Shown: positions 13,203-26,588 of the stretch, piece after piece | Position numbering within the stretch: position 1 is the stretch's first letter | How the letters are laid out: every line of letters starts with the position of its first letter | Assembly: GCA_000165425.1 (NCBI GenBank) | Contig: CT868040.1 | Location: 186,001-235,637 of the forward strand | Source: Paramecium tetraurelia | Lineage: Eukaryota | Length of the DNA stretch: 49,637 bases | Direction: 5' to 3' | The notes under the pieces: model-generated | What the model was told of the DNA's origin: nothing | Database searches by the model: none | The model's input: only the letters and a program-made list of their open reading frames with translations | Translations under genes and position numbers: made by a program

Positions 13203-16200
13203 TCAAATTATACTTAATTTCTCACCATAAGGGTAGCACATTTCACTTAAATAGGACGGGACAGTAGCAGCTCGTTCAGATTTGGATATAGCCAATATAT
13301 CTTCAGAATTGAAACCAACAGTCTTCTTCAAGCACTACAGATTCTATAGTATACATATTGAAGATTGTTACCTTTTTATCAAGTGCAGATAAATTGGGAT
13401 GAGTCAAGATCATTCTCAAGAGCTATCTGAGATATGTAACAGGATGGAATTGCAAGATATAGTACCTTTCGACTAATAAGTTGACCACATCATGTAATTA
13501 TTATTCGGTTGTATTTTCATATTGACATTTGAATATATTATTCCATAATTCCTAATTATGTTAATCCAAAAGTGATAAGTCAAACTTTTCAGCTGATTTT
13601 GCATGTATCCAACTATATACATTCTACAAAGGGTAATCAGTTTGATTCAATGATTCAACATGTTGATCTGAGGCATTGCCTATTTGTAACATTTCTTTAA
13701 GATCTTTTAATTCTACATCATTTAATCTGGACTCTTCAATCCAAACTAATTTCTCCTATTATTACAAATACAATTAATTGTCTCTTCTTCTAAATTGATG
13801 TTAAATTCCTAATTTTTTGTAATATTTGTGACTTAAAATATCCAAGAATAACTGATCATCAAATAATTGACTCAATTATAATAAGAGATCACTGGCACTG
13901 AATTCTCCAAATTGTTTGAAATCTGAATGAATAAGATCATCAAACTGCATGTCCTTTATTCTTAATTGAGTCACCTAAACATTTGGTTAGTAAAGACTCA
14001 AAGAATCTAAGAATTATAATTCCTATTTATTTAATTATTTGCCTTCCATTTATTTATTCATCAAATAATAAGTAATCAATTTCTCCTCTGCTCTTGATCT
14101 CTTTCTTGTAACAAATTCATTGATACCATACAATAAGTCTACATCAAGATATCTATCAGGTGTCTATTGGATATCTAATTTCTCAATATCACTTTCATTA
14201 AATAGAATATCGATATAGTTAGTTTTCTATTTGTAATAGGGGGAGGAATGTTTTCTTCTTAATTCACCCTTAATATCTTAAATTTTATCATAAAGAATTC
14301 TGTTAATTTTACGAACAATACTTTTAGCTTATTATTTGTTAATTTCTTTGTTCTTGACATCTTCTTACAACTTCATCAATAATTCCTTTCTCATTTTAAT
14401 GAGATCGTCCAATGTTTTATTGACTTCCAATTTTTTCTTTAGATATTGTGTTGTCAAAAATGGATTGTATTATTTGATTTATTCATGTAAAATAACTTCT
14501 GGATCCCTTTATAAGTAGATACCAGTAGGCTTAGTTGATTTATTAGCTGACAATCTCTCTTCAATCAATTTATCCCAAAATTTGATGTTGAATACAAAAT
14601 CAGCAATTTCAGGTAAACTCTTAGATTTCAATTCTGCATTCAAATTCAATAGATTTGCAATGAACAAATCGCTGGCATCGCTATGGTGATCCTTTTAATC
14701 CTTCTATAAGAATTTATATAATTGATTAAGTTGTTCTAACTCCTCATCTGACTTCTTAGCTGAATGTTTCTTCCAAGCAAGCGAATACGATTCAACAACT
14801 ATCTATTATCTACGTTTATCAGAATGTGGAATTGGAAGCACATCTGAAATAAAACCATTCTCTTCTAATCTCTTAAATAAGTCTTAGTCTGGACAATAAG
14901 TAGGATCATAAATTCTATTACTAATCAAACTAGCCTTAAATCCTTCAATAGATGATTAAGGATTATATATTGATTAAGATGGGATCATTCCATACCATTT
15001 TGGAAACTTGATTGGTTGAACTTTAATTTCATCAATCAAATCTTAAAATACATTATTCTAATTCAATATATTCAATCTCTCTTGTAAATCAAGTAAAGTT
15101 TATTTCAACTTCAATTTATTTAAGTTGTCGTTCTTATTTAAATAGTTCAAAGCTCTTTTCTTCAAATATTACCATTATGCGTTAAAGATTGTTTATGAAC
15201 TCAATTCCTTACTATTTTCTTCTATTTAGACGCTCTCCAATCTATCCTTGATTTTATTAAACAAGATGATATCAGAATTTTCTAGATTAAATGCTAACTG
15301 CAATTTCTACTTGAATTGTTCCTTATCCTTACCTAAGAAATCATATAAAGTCATATATGGCTATGAACCTACTCTTAATTTAGCATATCCATTTATTTCA
15401 TTATTTAAACTCAGATCATAAATCTCAATCAATTACACTGACTTAGGTAAAGTTTCCTTAATGGCCTTATATACTTCAGTACGATTAATGTCCTTCTCTT
15501 CATAAATTAACTTCTGTCCAGAGTGTTTTTCTAATACATCAATTCTTTCCTGTTATTTTTCATTCAAATCTCTAATTGTATTCAAATTCTTAACTCTGAA
15601 CTTGAGTTCTTCAATGAACAGTCCATAATTTTGATTTTACAATGCCAAATATGTAGCATAAGCAATTAGTTCATCTAAGGAGAGGATAGATAAATTCTCT
15701 GGTAATGGGAATTGTCTATCTGTTTTATTCAATTATAAATGAAGATGTAATGAATCTACCGAATTAAGAAGTTCTTCATCAGTAACTTAAGCTAAATACT
15801 CTCTGCTTTCAACATTAAGTCCAGCATTTGCAAATGCCTTTGCTAATTTATATTTATCTGAATGAACCAATAGAGACTATGCATTCTTTAATCTTTCTGC
15901 AATTTGATGTCCTTTGTATTCAGACACTGCTACCATCAAATTTCCAAAATCAGATAACTTTGGCTCCACAGGTTTTATTTGATCTTTATGAATTAATTTT
16001 ATTTCTAATAGAGAAATGATAAATGCCATTAGATTTGGGTCTCTTCCTGAAATATATGAAAGTGCGGTTTCTAATGATAATGAGATGTCTTCCTTTTCAA
16101 CTTCAACAGGATGCAACAAACCTGTAGATACTAAGGCTTCTTCAAATTCCATCATTTTAATGTTAGTATTAACGTGGATCCAATCAGATTTTTAGATATC

Positions 16201-16906
16201 AAGTAATTTTAAATAAACTCTTCTGATTTCTACGATTGCTTCCAAAACATAGAAGATATCAGATTGTGTTTCTTCAATCATCTTTTCAACTTCATAAATG
16301 AAATTGTTCATAGGCACATCTTTTTTTTCTTCAAAGATATCTAATATAAATGCTTCAATTAATTATTTTTCTTCAGAATTTAACTCTTTAGCATCTAATT
16401 ATTAAAATGCCTTTTCAACAATCTATTCGCTGTGTAAATCGACTCCTGTGAGAGCCAATCCATGAATTCCTTCGGCCAAAATTCTATAATCATTCAAATT
16501 TAATAGGTCTTTAATTAGGACATCAAAACCCATGGAGGATTCAATTTATTTATGATCAAAGTAGGATCTATCTCCTCTTCCCTTTAAAGCATGTCCTAAT
16601 TGAACAAATGTTTATCCAACAATTTCTTCATTCGAGTATTCTCTTTTTTACAGGAATGCAGCCAGAATAGTTTTAGAAGGTACATTAGAAGTGAAGAAAG
16701 CATGACTTTACATTTTGTAGGCTGCTTGAGTATTCTGATCAATTTACTTTTGTAATTAGATTGCTAATAAATATTGATGGATTGGTTATACCTTTATTTA
16801 GAGCCTTCTTAAATTGTCCAAGTTATGACTTGAAAATATCCTTACATTTGAGGTATTCATACTCATCACTAATTCTAAAGAGAGATCTCTATAAATATTT
16901 AATCAT
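13203..16906 (-). CDS. Large hypothetical protein, about 1,200 aa, possibly mitochondrial
   Basis: ATG 16906 (MIKYLQRSLFRIS, presequence-like); 28-nt introns near both ends; contains supplied ORF 15877-16155; TGA 13203-13205. The middle was not checked codon by codon. Confidence 0.7.
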
Positions 16907-16933
16907 AATTAAAAGATTTTAATATTTTTATAT

Positions 16934-17919
16934 TCATTTTTTCTTCTTAGTTAATGCTGCTGCCATTTCTTGGAGTTTAGACTCAATCTCAACTTGTCTA
17001 TCCTTCAACCTCGTCTCCAGTTCTTATTATGCCAAACTCAATTTATCCTGAATGGCATTCATAATCACAGAATCCAGTAACTCCTCATCTGTAGGTTCAT
17101 GGTATTCCACTTCCTACTCTTCCATCTCAGTCTTTTTAAAAGATTAAGTGTCATCGGCCACAATAGGCTTGTAATATGTATGATCTTCTAGAGAAGGTTG
17201 TGGCAAGGGCAACTCAATTTGTAAATCAACCTAAATTTCTAATGGTCTTTGATTATGAGAGTGTGCTTGATGTAATAACAACCAATGAGACAGATAACCT
17301 AATATTATATAGATCTTATCTACCCTTCTCAATATAATCGATAATTGGTGGCAATTACCTAGCCACAAATACTTTATGACATCCTTATCCATCAGTACTA
17401 TGTTGAGATAGCAATTATTAAAATAGTTTTCTGTCTCCCTACAATGATTTCCCTCTTGTCAATCCCCCTTCCACCAACTTCCCAAACTTCTCATGTTGAT
17501 TGATGTAAACTAAAAACATCATATTAATGAATATTAATGCTTGGTCTCCACCAAATTCGAAATCCTAACAAACACTAAAATCATTGATCAATTATTCCCC
17601 CGCAATTTCAATATCAATGTCTCTCAACTTTTCACAATGATTCCTCTCCAAAATCTAAATACTCCATTAATTATTCTACCTTGCACAAATATTCCTTTAT
17701 CAAAATGCTCGCATCCTCTAAGTGAAATACTTCATTTATTATATATTGACTAATTGGCAATCCCATACTTCACATATTCTGTAACTATTACTTTGTCCTG
17801 TATCGACCACATCCGTATTTTCTCTCCTCCTCCTACCTTAATTATTCTTCTAATTGTCTCTTCCTCTCTTCCTCTGCCAATCTAGCTGCTTCCTCTTCTT
17901 TCTTATTCTTCGGAGGCAT
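16934..17919 (-). CDS. CFAP119/CCDC189-like (flagellar C1a-32 domain) ciliary protein
   Basis: DRKLFQQLLSQHST..KVFVARQLPPIIDYIEKGYLSHWLL..ELPLPQPSLED followed by a coiled-coil tail. Three introns; the 24-nt one carries an in-frame TGA. Confidence 0.65.
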
Positions 17920-18320
17920 TTTTAATATTATAAATTATGAATCATCATTAATACCAAATTCAAATGAAAACTTTCTTATATCATTTTGAAATCTTATAAA
18001 ATCTATTTTGAGATATTAATAACTAAGACATGAAAATAAAGTTCAAATCATCAATATATTTTACAATCGTATTAGACTTAAAATCTCAAAAATTAAAGTT
18101 TTCAATTAGAAGTCGTGTTCAAATTACAATCGAAGATTTTTTCAGATGTAATCTAAGTTTATTAATGATTATTTATTATTATTTAAATTTATAGGTCCTT
18201 AAATTATTTAGATTAAGTGGGATTGCCTTAATTCTATTCAAAAAGTGTATTTAAATTCTATTATTTAAGTAATTTATGTCGTATTAATCAATAATAGAAA
18301 TTAATTTATAAAATCAATTC

Positions 18321-18969
18321 ATGAATCTATCATTCCTTTCTTCATCAAAATTAAGAGAAATAATTGTTAACCCTAACAACCTAAATAAAAACTTAATTTG
18401 TGTGATTTGTGAACAACTAGTTTGGGATCCAAATGAATGCAGTTAATGTTAAAATAATTTTTGTTCAATATGCATAAACGAATGGTTAAAGAAAAAAAGT
18501 AAAAAAATCATTCTATAAATAAATAGAAAATTGTCCATTTGAATGCACTAAAAGAATGTAATTGAATGCTCCTCATAGAATATTAAGAAATTAAATCTCT
18601 GAATTATAAGTAAAATGTGTAAATAAAGGATGCCCTAAAGAAATGTAGCTATAAAACTTAGAGTCTCATCTGAAACAATGTGAATATATAGAAACTAAAT
18701 GCCCATATCCAGATTGTTTATTTAAAGATAGTTTGATAAAAATTGAGCCTCATAAGACATCATGCGAACACAGAACTCGGGTTTGCTAGAAATGTCTAGA
18801 AACTTATAAAGTTAAAGATAATCATGATTGTTTAGATATAGTGATAAAAAAAGTGAAAAAATAGGAGGATTAAATCAATAAATTATTAAGAAGACTAGAT
18901 TGTTTAGAGGAGAATTAAGTTTTATTGGAATCAAAAATTCTACTTTAACAGAGAAATTCTAAAAAATGA
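18321..18969 (+). CDS. RING finger plus TRAF-type zinc finger protein
   Basis: LICVICEQLVWDPNECSQCQNNFCSICINEW..CP; VKCVNKGC..LESHLKQCEY..CPYPDC; coiled-coil end; one intron. Confidence 0.85.
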
Positions 18970-19406
18970 CTTCATATTAAATATTATTTTTAATCTAGAA
19001 ATAAAGAATTAATAATGGAATCTAACATATTCAATTTTCTTAATACTTCTACAAAATTTATAGTAATTTAAATAAATGTTAAAACACAAAAGATTTGGGT
19101 AAAAACATCACTTATGGTAATAATATTGAAGTGTTTCTAAAACTAGAGGATACATTTCATTATATTAAAAGGAGAATCAAAGTAAAAACTATGATAAATG
19201 TTAATATAAATATAATGATTAATTTATAGAAATTAAATTAAATTTAGTATTGGATTTTTAAGATAAGAAATTAAATCAAAGTTAATATTTTCTGAGCTAT
19301 ATTTGTAGATCTTAGATTTATTTCTAATAGTTCATTTACATTCTTTTCATTTGCTCTTATAACGATGAAATTTGTGATGAATATAATTTGATGGTTCTAT
19401 TCAAAT

Positions 19407-19740
19407 TCACTATCTAATCTAGTTTATTATTAATTTTACGCTGCGTGCTTCTTCCTACTCAAAATCACTTGTTTATTGTTCTCTAGATATTTATACTTTA
19501 ACTTCCTTCTCTTTTTCTAAATTTTCTAATCTCTGGCCCATCTTTTCAAACTTTTTCTAGTAATGATGATCAAGCAATGTAATTTTTGAATCTCCCAATT
19601 ATTTTTATTATTTGTCAACTGTATTTTCAATATGTGAAGGTCTTCCGCTAAAAAGTAATTTTTCATATTGTTAGTCTCTTATGACACAATTCTGTACTTT
19701 TCTCTCAATCGAATCAAGTAATTAATGAGTTTGTTACATA
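19407..19740 (-). other. Possible short CDS or gene remnant, charged and coiled-coil-like
   Basis: About 110 open codons with protein-like composition ending at TGA 19407-19409; no clear in-frame ATG. Confidence 0.25.
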
Positions 19741-19833
19741 CTTTTAGAATAAACTTTAATAATAAATAATTAATCAAACTTTGATTTTGAGTAAAATTAT
19801 TTAAATTATTTATTTGAATAATGATAATATTAG

Positions 19834-22480
19834 TCATTTCTTTTTTTTGCCAGGCTTCTTCTTTCCTTTTTCATCGTCAGCTGGTTTCTTGAGTTTATCA
19901 ATTCTTGCCTTATTTCCAGAGAGATCATCATGTAATTTTCGAAACTCTTGATATTGTTACAAGAATGTAGATTGTTGAACAGCTAATGGATCAACGAATT
20001 CGCTTATTCGATATGGGATTTCAGCAGACAAAATTAAACGTCTCTCTGTCAATATCTTTCTGAGTGCTTCTTTGATCTAAAATCCTAATTCAATATAATA
20101 CATTTCCTGCAGTAAATCCTTCTGTAGCATGAGCCAAAGAACTCAAGGGGAAATTGGGATGTAGTTAAATCTTTCTTTCTTCAAAAAACCTCTAGAATAT
20201 CATTATTCTTGTAGCATAATTTGGACAAGGGAAATAGACTCTTCTTTTGAAAAAGGATTTCATTTGTTTTTTATTAGCATTCCAAGGAGCATAACTGCAA
20301 CCAATGATAGTAACGTTTTCTTTCTACTTTTCAGTGAAATACTTCCCATATTTCAATAAGTATTTTCTCAATTTAACCCAATTCATGCCTCCTGCAGATG
20401 ATGGCTATTAATCACCCTTCTTCTTCTTTTTCTTACCTTTGAAAATGCGTTCAATTTCATCAATATATATAATAGCAGGCTAGAAACAGGCAGCAGTTTT
20501 AAATGCTAATGATAGCAAATAATCAGGTTTATCTTAATATTTGTTTTCTATATTGGCAGGTGATAAATCTAGGATCAAAGCATCACATTCAGTTTATAAT
20601 GCTCTAACTGCATGAGTTTTGCCTGAACCATGAGGCCCATAGAATAAGACATAATTACTTTCTTTGACATTGTCCTTAATATACGGAGATCCTAATGGCA
20701 TTCCAACAAATTGAACTAAAACCTACCTTAAATCATAAATGGAAGGATCAGCTACTTATTCTTGTAACATTTCTTATTTTTATCTTAAAGGATTACAATT
20801 TCCAATGAGATCTGATATTTTTGCTGGTTCTAATTTCTTAGCTATACCTGATTCAATCAATTCAGCCAACATATCTCTAGGATCTTTCTTTGCAGTTCCC
20901 TTGTCCCCAGGGAATTTCTTTTTCTTCTTCTTTGCCACACTTCTAAAACCAAAATTAATTTCTCCTTCTTCTAACAGATCATCTTCTTCTGCTTTTGCAG
21001 CTGGTTTTGCTTTCTTTTTTTTAGATTTCTTTTTTTTTGGATATTTCATTTTCTTTGCCTTCAATGCAATTCTTAAATTGATTAACTCCATATCAATCAT
21101 TTCATCTACTACTTCTCTTATTTATTTTTCTACTCCTTTTGCAATTTCTCCCTTTAATAACGAATTTTCATGCTTTTAATAAGGATTTAATTAATCATTT
21201 CTCCATTCATGATTATGTTTTTCAATTAAATCCTACATCTTTACAATAGCTTCAGTAGGCCCTTATTCTACTCTAATATCTTCATCTTCTTGCTTCTTCT
21301 TCTTCTTCTTTTTTCCCTTATTTTTCTTAGCTGCTTTCTTTTCCTTATCCAACAAATCCATCATTTCTTATTCTTCTTCAGTCAATGGCAATCTCACTTA
21401 ATCTTTTTTATAAAATTAAGCAACTTTTGGTGGCACTAATTTACCTTCTGCTTTCTGGACTTCACTCATATACCACCTTCTTCTTTCAGCCAACATTTAA
21501 TTTTAGATATCATCTTACCAATCATTCATCAAATTATCCTTTGCTTCAACTAAGGCTGTTTTATACTCTTATAATCTTTCCTATTGCTTCTCTTTCATCT
21601 TCTCTCTCTACAGATGATATGTCTTATAAGCATCAGTTTCTTGTAATTGTTTTTCCAATGTAAATCCCAAAAATAGTGATTCCTACTCTCTTAAATCCCA
21701 AACTATCTCTCTAGCTTTAAATCCTCTATAGTATTTTTAGATCGTTGTTATGGCTTCTTCTCTCTCAGTAGAATCATGCACTTCCAATCCTTCTTGCAAT
21801 TTCTTTTGTTTCTCTTGTTTCTTTATTTCTTGCTTTTTCAATTGTTTTGCCAAGAGCACTCTCTCAATACCTTATCTTCCTCTCTCGTTCTTTTAGATAA
21901 ACCATATAGCTTATTCAATATTTTCCAAAACAGCCTTGTCTACTAACACTTCTTCTTCTGGTTAAGTAGTATCATGAAATTCATTTAAAAAATGATTAAG
22001 CATTTATTTTCGATAAGCAAGTTTTCTATTTTGCTCATCTGAAAAATAATGAGGTAAAGAAACTTCAGTATCTTCTATGAGTCTCTTTTCATCAAAAATT
22101 ACCTAATGCAAATTTACAAAATCTGATCTTATCACATTACCTTAAGTTGAATAGAAAATCATGGCCTATATAATTTAAAATCATGAATGTACCTGCTTGA
22201 TTTGAATTTATCTTAACATGGTATTTTCAAGCATCTTCTTTAATAAACGTCTTTTTTAAGGGTGTAACAATTAATCATAACAAGTTTCAAGTGATTTATA
22301 TGCATCAACGTAAAATAAGTATAACTTCCCATAGTATACAAACCACTCCTAATCAGGCCTTACTAACTTTAGATTTTGTTTGACCTGGTTCTCAATTAAT
22401 GGATCCATTTCGATTTGGAGGGCCTCCATAAGTTAATTGATGGACTGCCTCCATTTCAAATTAAAATATGAAGTTGACAT
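19834..22480 (-). CDS. DRC11: IQ- and AAA-domain dynein regulatory complex protein DRC11/IQCA1
   Basis: MSTSYFNLKW.. N-terminus, HPQKR, IQ motif (IQKYYRGFKARE), Lys-rich linkers, Walker A FYGPHGSGKT, Walker B IIYIDE. Confidence 0.88.
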
Positions 22481-22501
22481 ATAATAATAAATAAATATAT
22501 G

Positions 22502-22974
22502 TCATTCAAAAAATTAGTATGGCGTTGATCCATTTGGATGATGGCAATCTGGACAAATATGAATGATATCCTTGCAATCATCCATATAGCAAGGTAGACA
22601 GGCTAGACACAAAATTCCAAAAGAACATAGAAGTAAGAGACATGAAACTGTGTATGTGCCTTTTCCTACTCTTCTGCGGAGTTTAGTTTGAATCTTTAAA
22701 CAAGATTAAGCAATATAATTACTTACTTTTTGCATTTCTGACATATCAATTTAACGGAGCAAATTTACCCATTCCCAGTTTCAGCAAGGGAGTTGACTAA
22801 GTTAATTTCCTTTAGACTTGAAATCTCAGGAATTTTTGGAGTAATTAATTAAGGTGTTAAATTATCTTAACATTAGATATGCTTGTTCTAAGTTTAAAGG
22901 TAGAGATTAGCATTTCTTTCAAGATGTTGGAATATTTCATCTCCTTGACTTTTGTATAGATCTTAATGAGCCAT
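22502..22974 (-). CDS. LITAF-domain zinc ribbon protein
   Basis: CQKC..QTKLRRRVGKGTY, hydrophobic stretch, CLPCYMDDCKDIIHICPDC; one 29-nt intron. Confidence 0.88.
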
Positions 22975-23214
22975 AAATTATAATTGCTTATTAGATAAAT
23001 GAATAATATAATGGATTGTTACAAGATATATGTATTAATTAAATAAACAGTTTATAAATCCCATATTATTGTAAAATAATTTATGTTGTTTGAACTATAA
23101 TTAAGAATTGTGCGCTCTTATTTTATAGAAAATTAAGAATTGTGAAAATAATAAATTGAGAGCGCAAATTGTAGAGTTTTAATTTAATTAATTTCTATAA
23201 AATAAAGTATTAAT

Positions 23215-23744
23215 ATGTCTTAAGAGAAAAGCCAATCCCCGAAGCCAAAAGCTTATTCTATGTCTTGTTCTAAGTCAGAAATACTAGATAATTAAACAGA
23301 AGTAGTGCATCGAGCTACTAAAAGTGAAATGATATACCCAAATAAAGATTTGGATGGAGGCCAAATAAACAGCTAATAAATGTAGAGCTAATCTGGAAAC
23401 TATTTAAACATCATAATATTAGGCTTAGTTATTTTAGGATTGACTGCGGGTTTAGTGATAGGATATAAAATAATGAAATCAGGAAATGTTTAGGATGAGG
23501 AATAAATGAATGTGTTTGTGAACATTGTCTCGCAATCATTATTAAATAATCTTGAATAGCAGAAATATCTCATCATAGATGATTAACTTAAATAATTGAA
23601 AAAATTTTATGAAAAACAACTAACTAATGTTCTATGGCAGAAGGTAAGTGTATATAATGTAAAACATAGATTGTGAAGCATATTCAATAATAACCAAACG
23701 TAATTATTAGTTAAGATAAGAAAAAGTGGATATTGAAAGAGTGA
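23215..23744 (+). CDS. Small single-pass membrane protein, possibly with a MAN1/Src1-like C-terminal domain
   Basis: ATG 23215; TM IIILGLVILGLTAGLVIGY; intron near 23644-23670; ends LWQKIVKHIQQQPNVIISQDKKKWILKE-TGA. Confidence 0.65.
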
Positions 23745-23772
23745 AAAAAATTATTATTTTATTATTACCATT

Positions 23773-25135
23773 TCACAAATCAAGGAATGATTTAACCTTC
23801 TTTATTGTAGCTTCATCTTGAATTTCCCAATGTCCAGTCATGGGATCAATTTTTATTCTTGTTTCTTTGCAATAATATGCAGCAGGTACTAATTTAATAA
23901 CCTGATGTAATGGAATGTTTAATTTAGGTATCTCAGGTACTTCGTGTTCATGAAAGTAAGCATACAAACATCTCAGTATGGCTTGATGAGCAATGACTAT
24001 AACAGGTAATCTTGATCTTTCAATTTCAAAAATTATTTATTCTACTCTGCTGATCACATCAAGATAAGATTCTCCTCTTGGGTATCTGTAAGTTAGTTTG
24101 TTCATTTTGCGTTCCTCATAATCCTAAGGGAATTTATCAGCAATCTATTAATATGTCAATCCATCGCATATTCCAGGATTTATCTCATCTAAAGCCTTCA
24201 ATGAATAATATTCGATTCCCAACAATTCACAAACCTCATTACTTGTGCGCAACGCTCTCTGCATAGTTGAAGTAATCATCTTGATATTTCTATTGCCTTC
24301 TAATTCTTATACAAAATATTTGCCCAATTATTTTGCATACATCAATCCTGTTTAAGTTAAATCGGAATCACCTCCTACTTTATGACCAACATTATATTAA
24401 CTCTCCCCATGTCTGGACAAATATATTGGTCGAGGATAAATGTGCAAATTCATCAAATATGAGACTAATTTGGATTATAAGAATCCTTAGATATTATATA
24501 TCATAATCTAAATTAATTGTATTTTATTTTACATCATTTCCAATATCAATGATCTTTATAAATGAAATGTTCTCATCCATGTCTATTGGTTCATATACCT
24601 TAGTATATTATTCAATTCTCTGTTGAAAATCTTAAGTAGCTTCGTCAGATGACTTTCCAACATAATCAGGATTGTTCAATTTGGTCAACTAAATATTTCT
24701 CAGAATGACATCTTCATCATTGCATATTGATTCAACCCAAAATACTTGAACTTCACTAAACTTTTATTGTAATGTCTCCATGATCAATTTTCTTCTTTAC
24801 TTTGTGGTATTCGTCCCATCATACAAACTAACATCTCCTTCATTCCTAAGATAATTTATCATATCATTCAAGGCCAATAAGGCACACTCATCTCTTGCTT
24901 TAGATGCCTTCATTTAATTATGATCTCTTACATCTTTATTGCCTGGATCAAAGAAATTCGAGTTGCAATCTGTTCCACATATCTGTCTTCTGTAATTTCC
25001 GATATTAAATACTTTGCTCTTGAAACCCATCCAATTCAAATATCTACAAATCTTCCTTGAAATGTATGTCTTCCCTCTGGCTGGCAATCCAACCATTCCA
25101 ATAACCATCTTTTGTTACTTACCTAACTCTTGCAT
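23773..25135 (-). CDS. PFKFB: Bifunctional 6-phosphofructo-2-kinase/fructose-2,6-bisphosphatase
   Basis: MVGLPARGKT, VFNIGNYRR, DGTNTT, WVESICND, IYLSRHGES, YRYPRGESYLD, IAHQA; two introns. Confidence 0.95.
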
Positions 25136-25287
25136 TATTGTTTATTTTAATAATAATATTTTATTCCACTCTTATACATTTATACAATGTGTAATTAGAC
25201 GGTCTATTGATTTGAAATCGACTCACATATACTACTCAAATGCTAGAAAGCATAATATTATTGAATTAATCATGAGATTAATTAAAT

Positions 25288-26588
25288 ATGCCTAAAAAAA
25301 TTATTTGTACTCTCGATCAATATGCTAACATCTTTCGACATTGTGAACTTACATACAAATAATTTAAAAAACTAATCCATAAGAAAAACAAAAGATCATT
25401 GAATTAATAAGTATTTAGCTTCAGATGCAAAGTGTGTATGAATCATAGAGACACATCTCCACATCGAAGGTGTAATGGATGTCAAGACCTCTTTCATCTA
25501 AAATGTGTGGACGAAGAGAGTAAATAGCTATGTTCCAAATGCTAAGTTCAATTATAAAATATGCTACTCAAATTATAATATATAACACAAGTCGAAGGAG
25601 ATACTTTGATTGTACATGAATGCAAGTCAGCAAATACTATTTGTAGTGTCTGTTACGCCATTTGTGATGAAAATCAAAGTAAGATTTGTTATCGATGTAA
25701 TCTCCGATAACATGTACAATGTTATAATAGTCAAACTGAATTCTGTTCTGTATGTGATTAATACTTAAAAGACAATCTACCTTACTAATATGATACTATT
25801 CCAAATTATATTCAATTATGGAAATCAGAATATACATGTTAAGATGATTTAATTATAATTGATAAAGTGAAAAAATAGAATCGAGTCAGATTGTATCTAC
25901 CAAAATATTCTGATTCAAAAGAAAAACAACTCTAAGAATCTTATTCATTAATTAAAGCATTATGTGCTAAATCTATTTACTTCTCAGATGATCTGACCTA
26001 TTTTCCAGAAGACTCTAAACCAGAAGACAATAATGCCAAGTACGAACGCAAATTGGAGGATCTAGACGAAGAAAATTTGAAGTCCTTTCTATAATTCAAA
26101 GAATTTAGTAGATTAGGTATCACTCCTTAATTGATGGTTGACTTTCATATTAAAACTGGGTTTATTGCTAAAGCTACTGGATTCATTAAGAAGGGTTCAA
26201 TCTTAGCGGAATATTGTGGAGAAGTCAAAAAGTGGAAAAACATCATTTTTGATTAAAATGATAGTATCATGGTAAGTTTTCGTTTAATTAAAGGAATTAC
26301 TGTCTCATCCAAATCCAAAGAAAACACTTTATGTTGTTCCAGAAAAATATTCTAACATAGCTAGGTTTGTTTGTGGAATTGACAATAAAATTAAAGAAGT
26401 AAATCAATCTGAATTAATTTAAGCAAGTGGAAATAGTTAATGTAAAGTGTTTGAGAGTAGCCATTAACAAATAGGCTAGAATTATAATGTATGCTTGTAA
26501 GGATATTCAACCAAATGAAATTTTATATTATGATTACAACTCAGGAGGCAAATATTTATATCCAACAGAAGGATATTAAATACTGTGA
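25288..26588 (+). CDS. Double PHD plus SET protein, ATXR5/6 (TXR1)-type H3K27 methyltransferase-like
   Basis: Two C4HC3 fingers; FSDDLTY, AEYCGEV, NDSIM/ELL, NIARFVCGIDN, NVKCLR, ILYYDYNSG..YPT; two introns. Confidence 0.88.
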
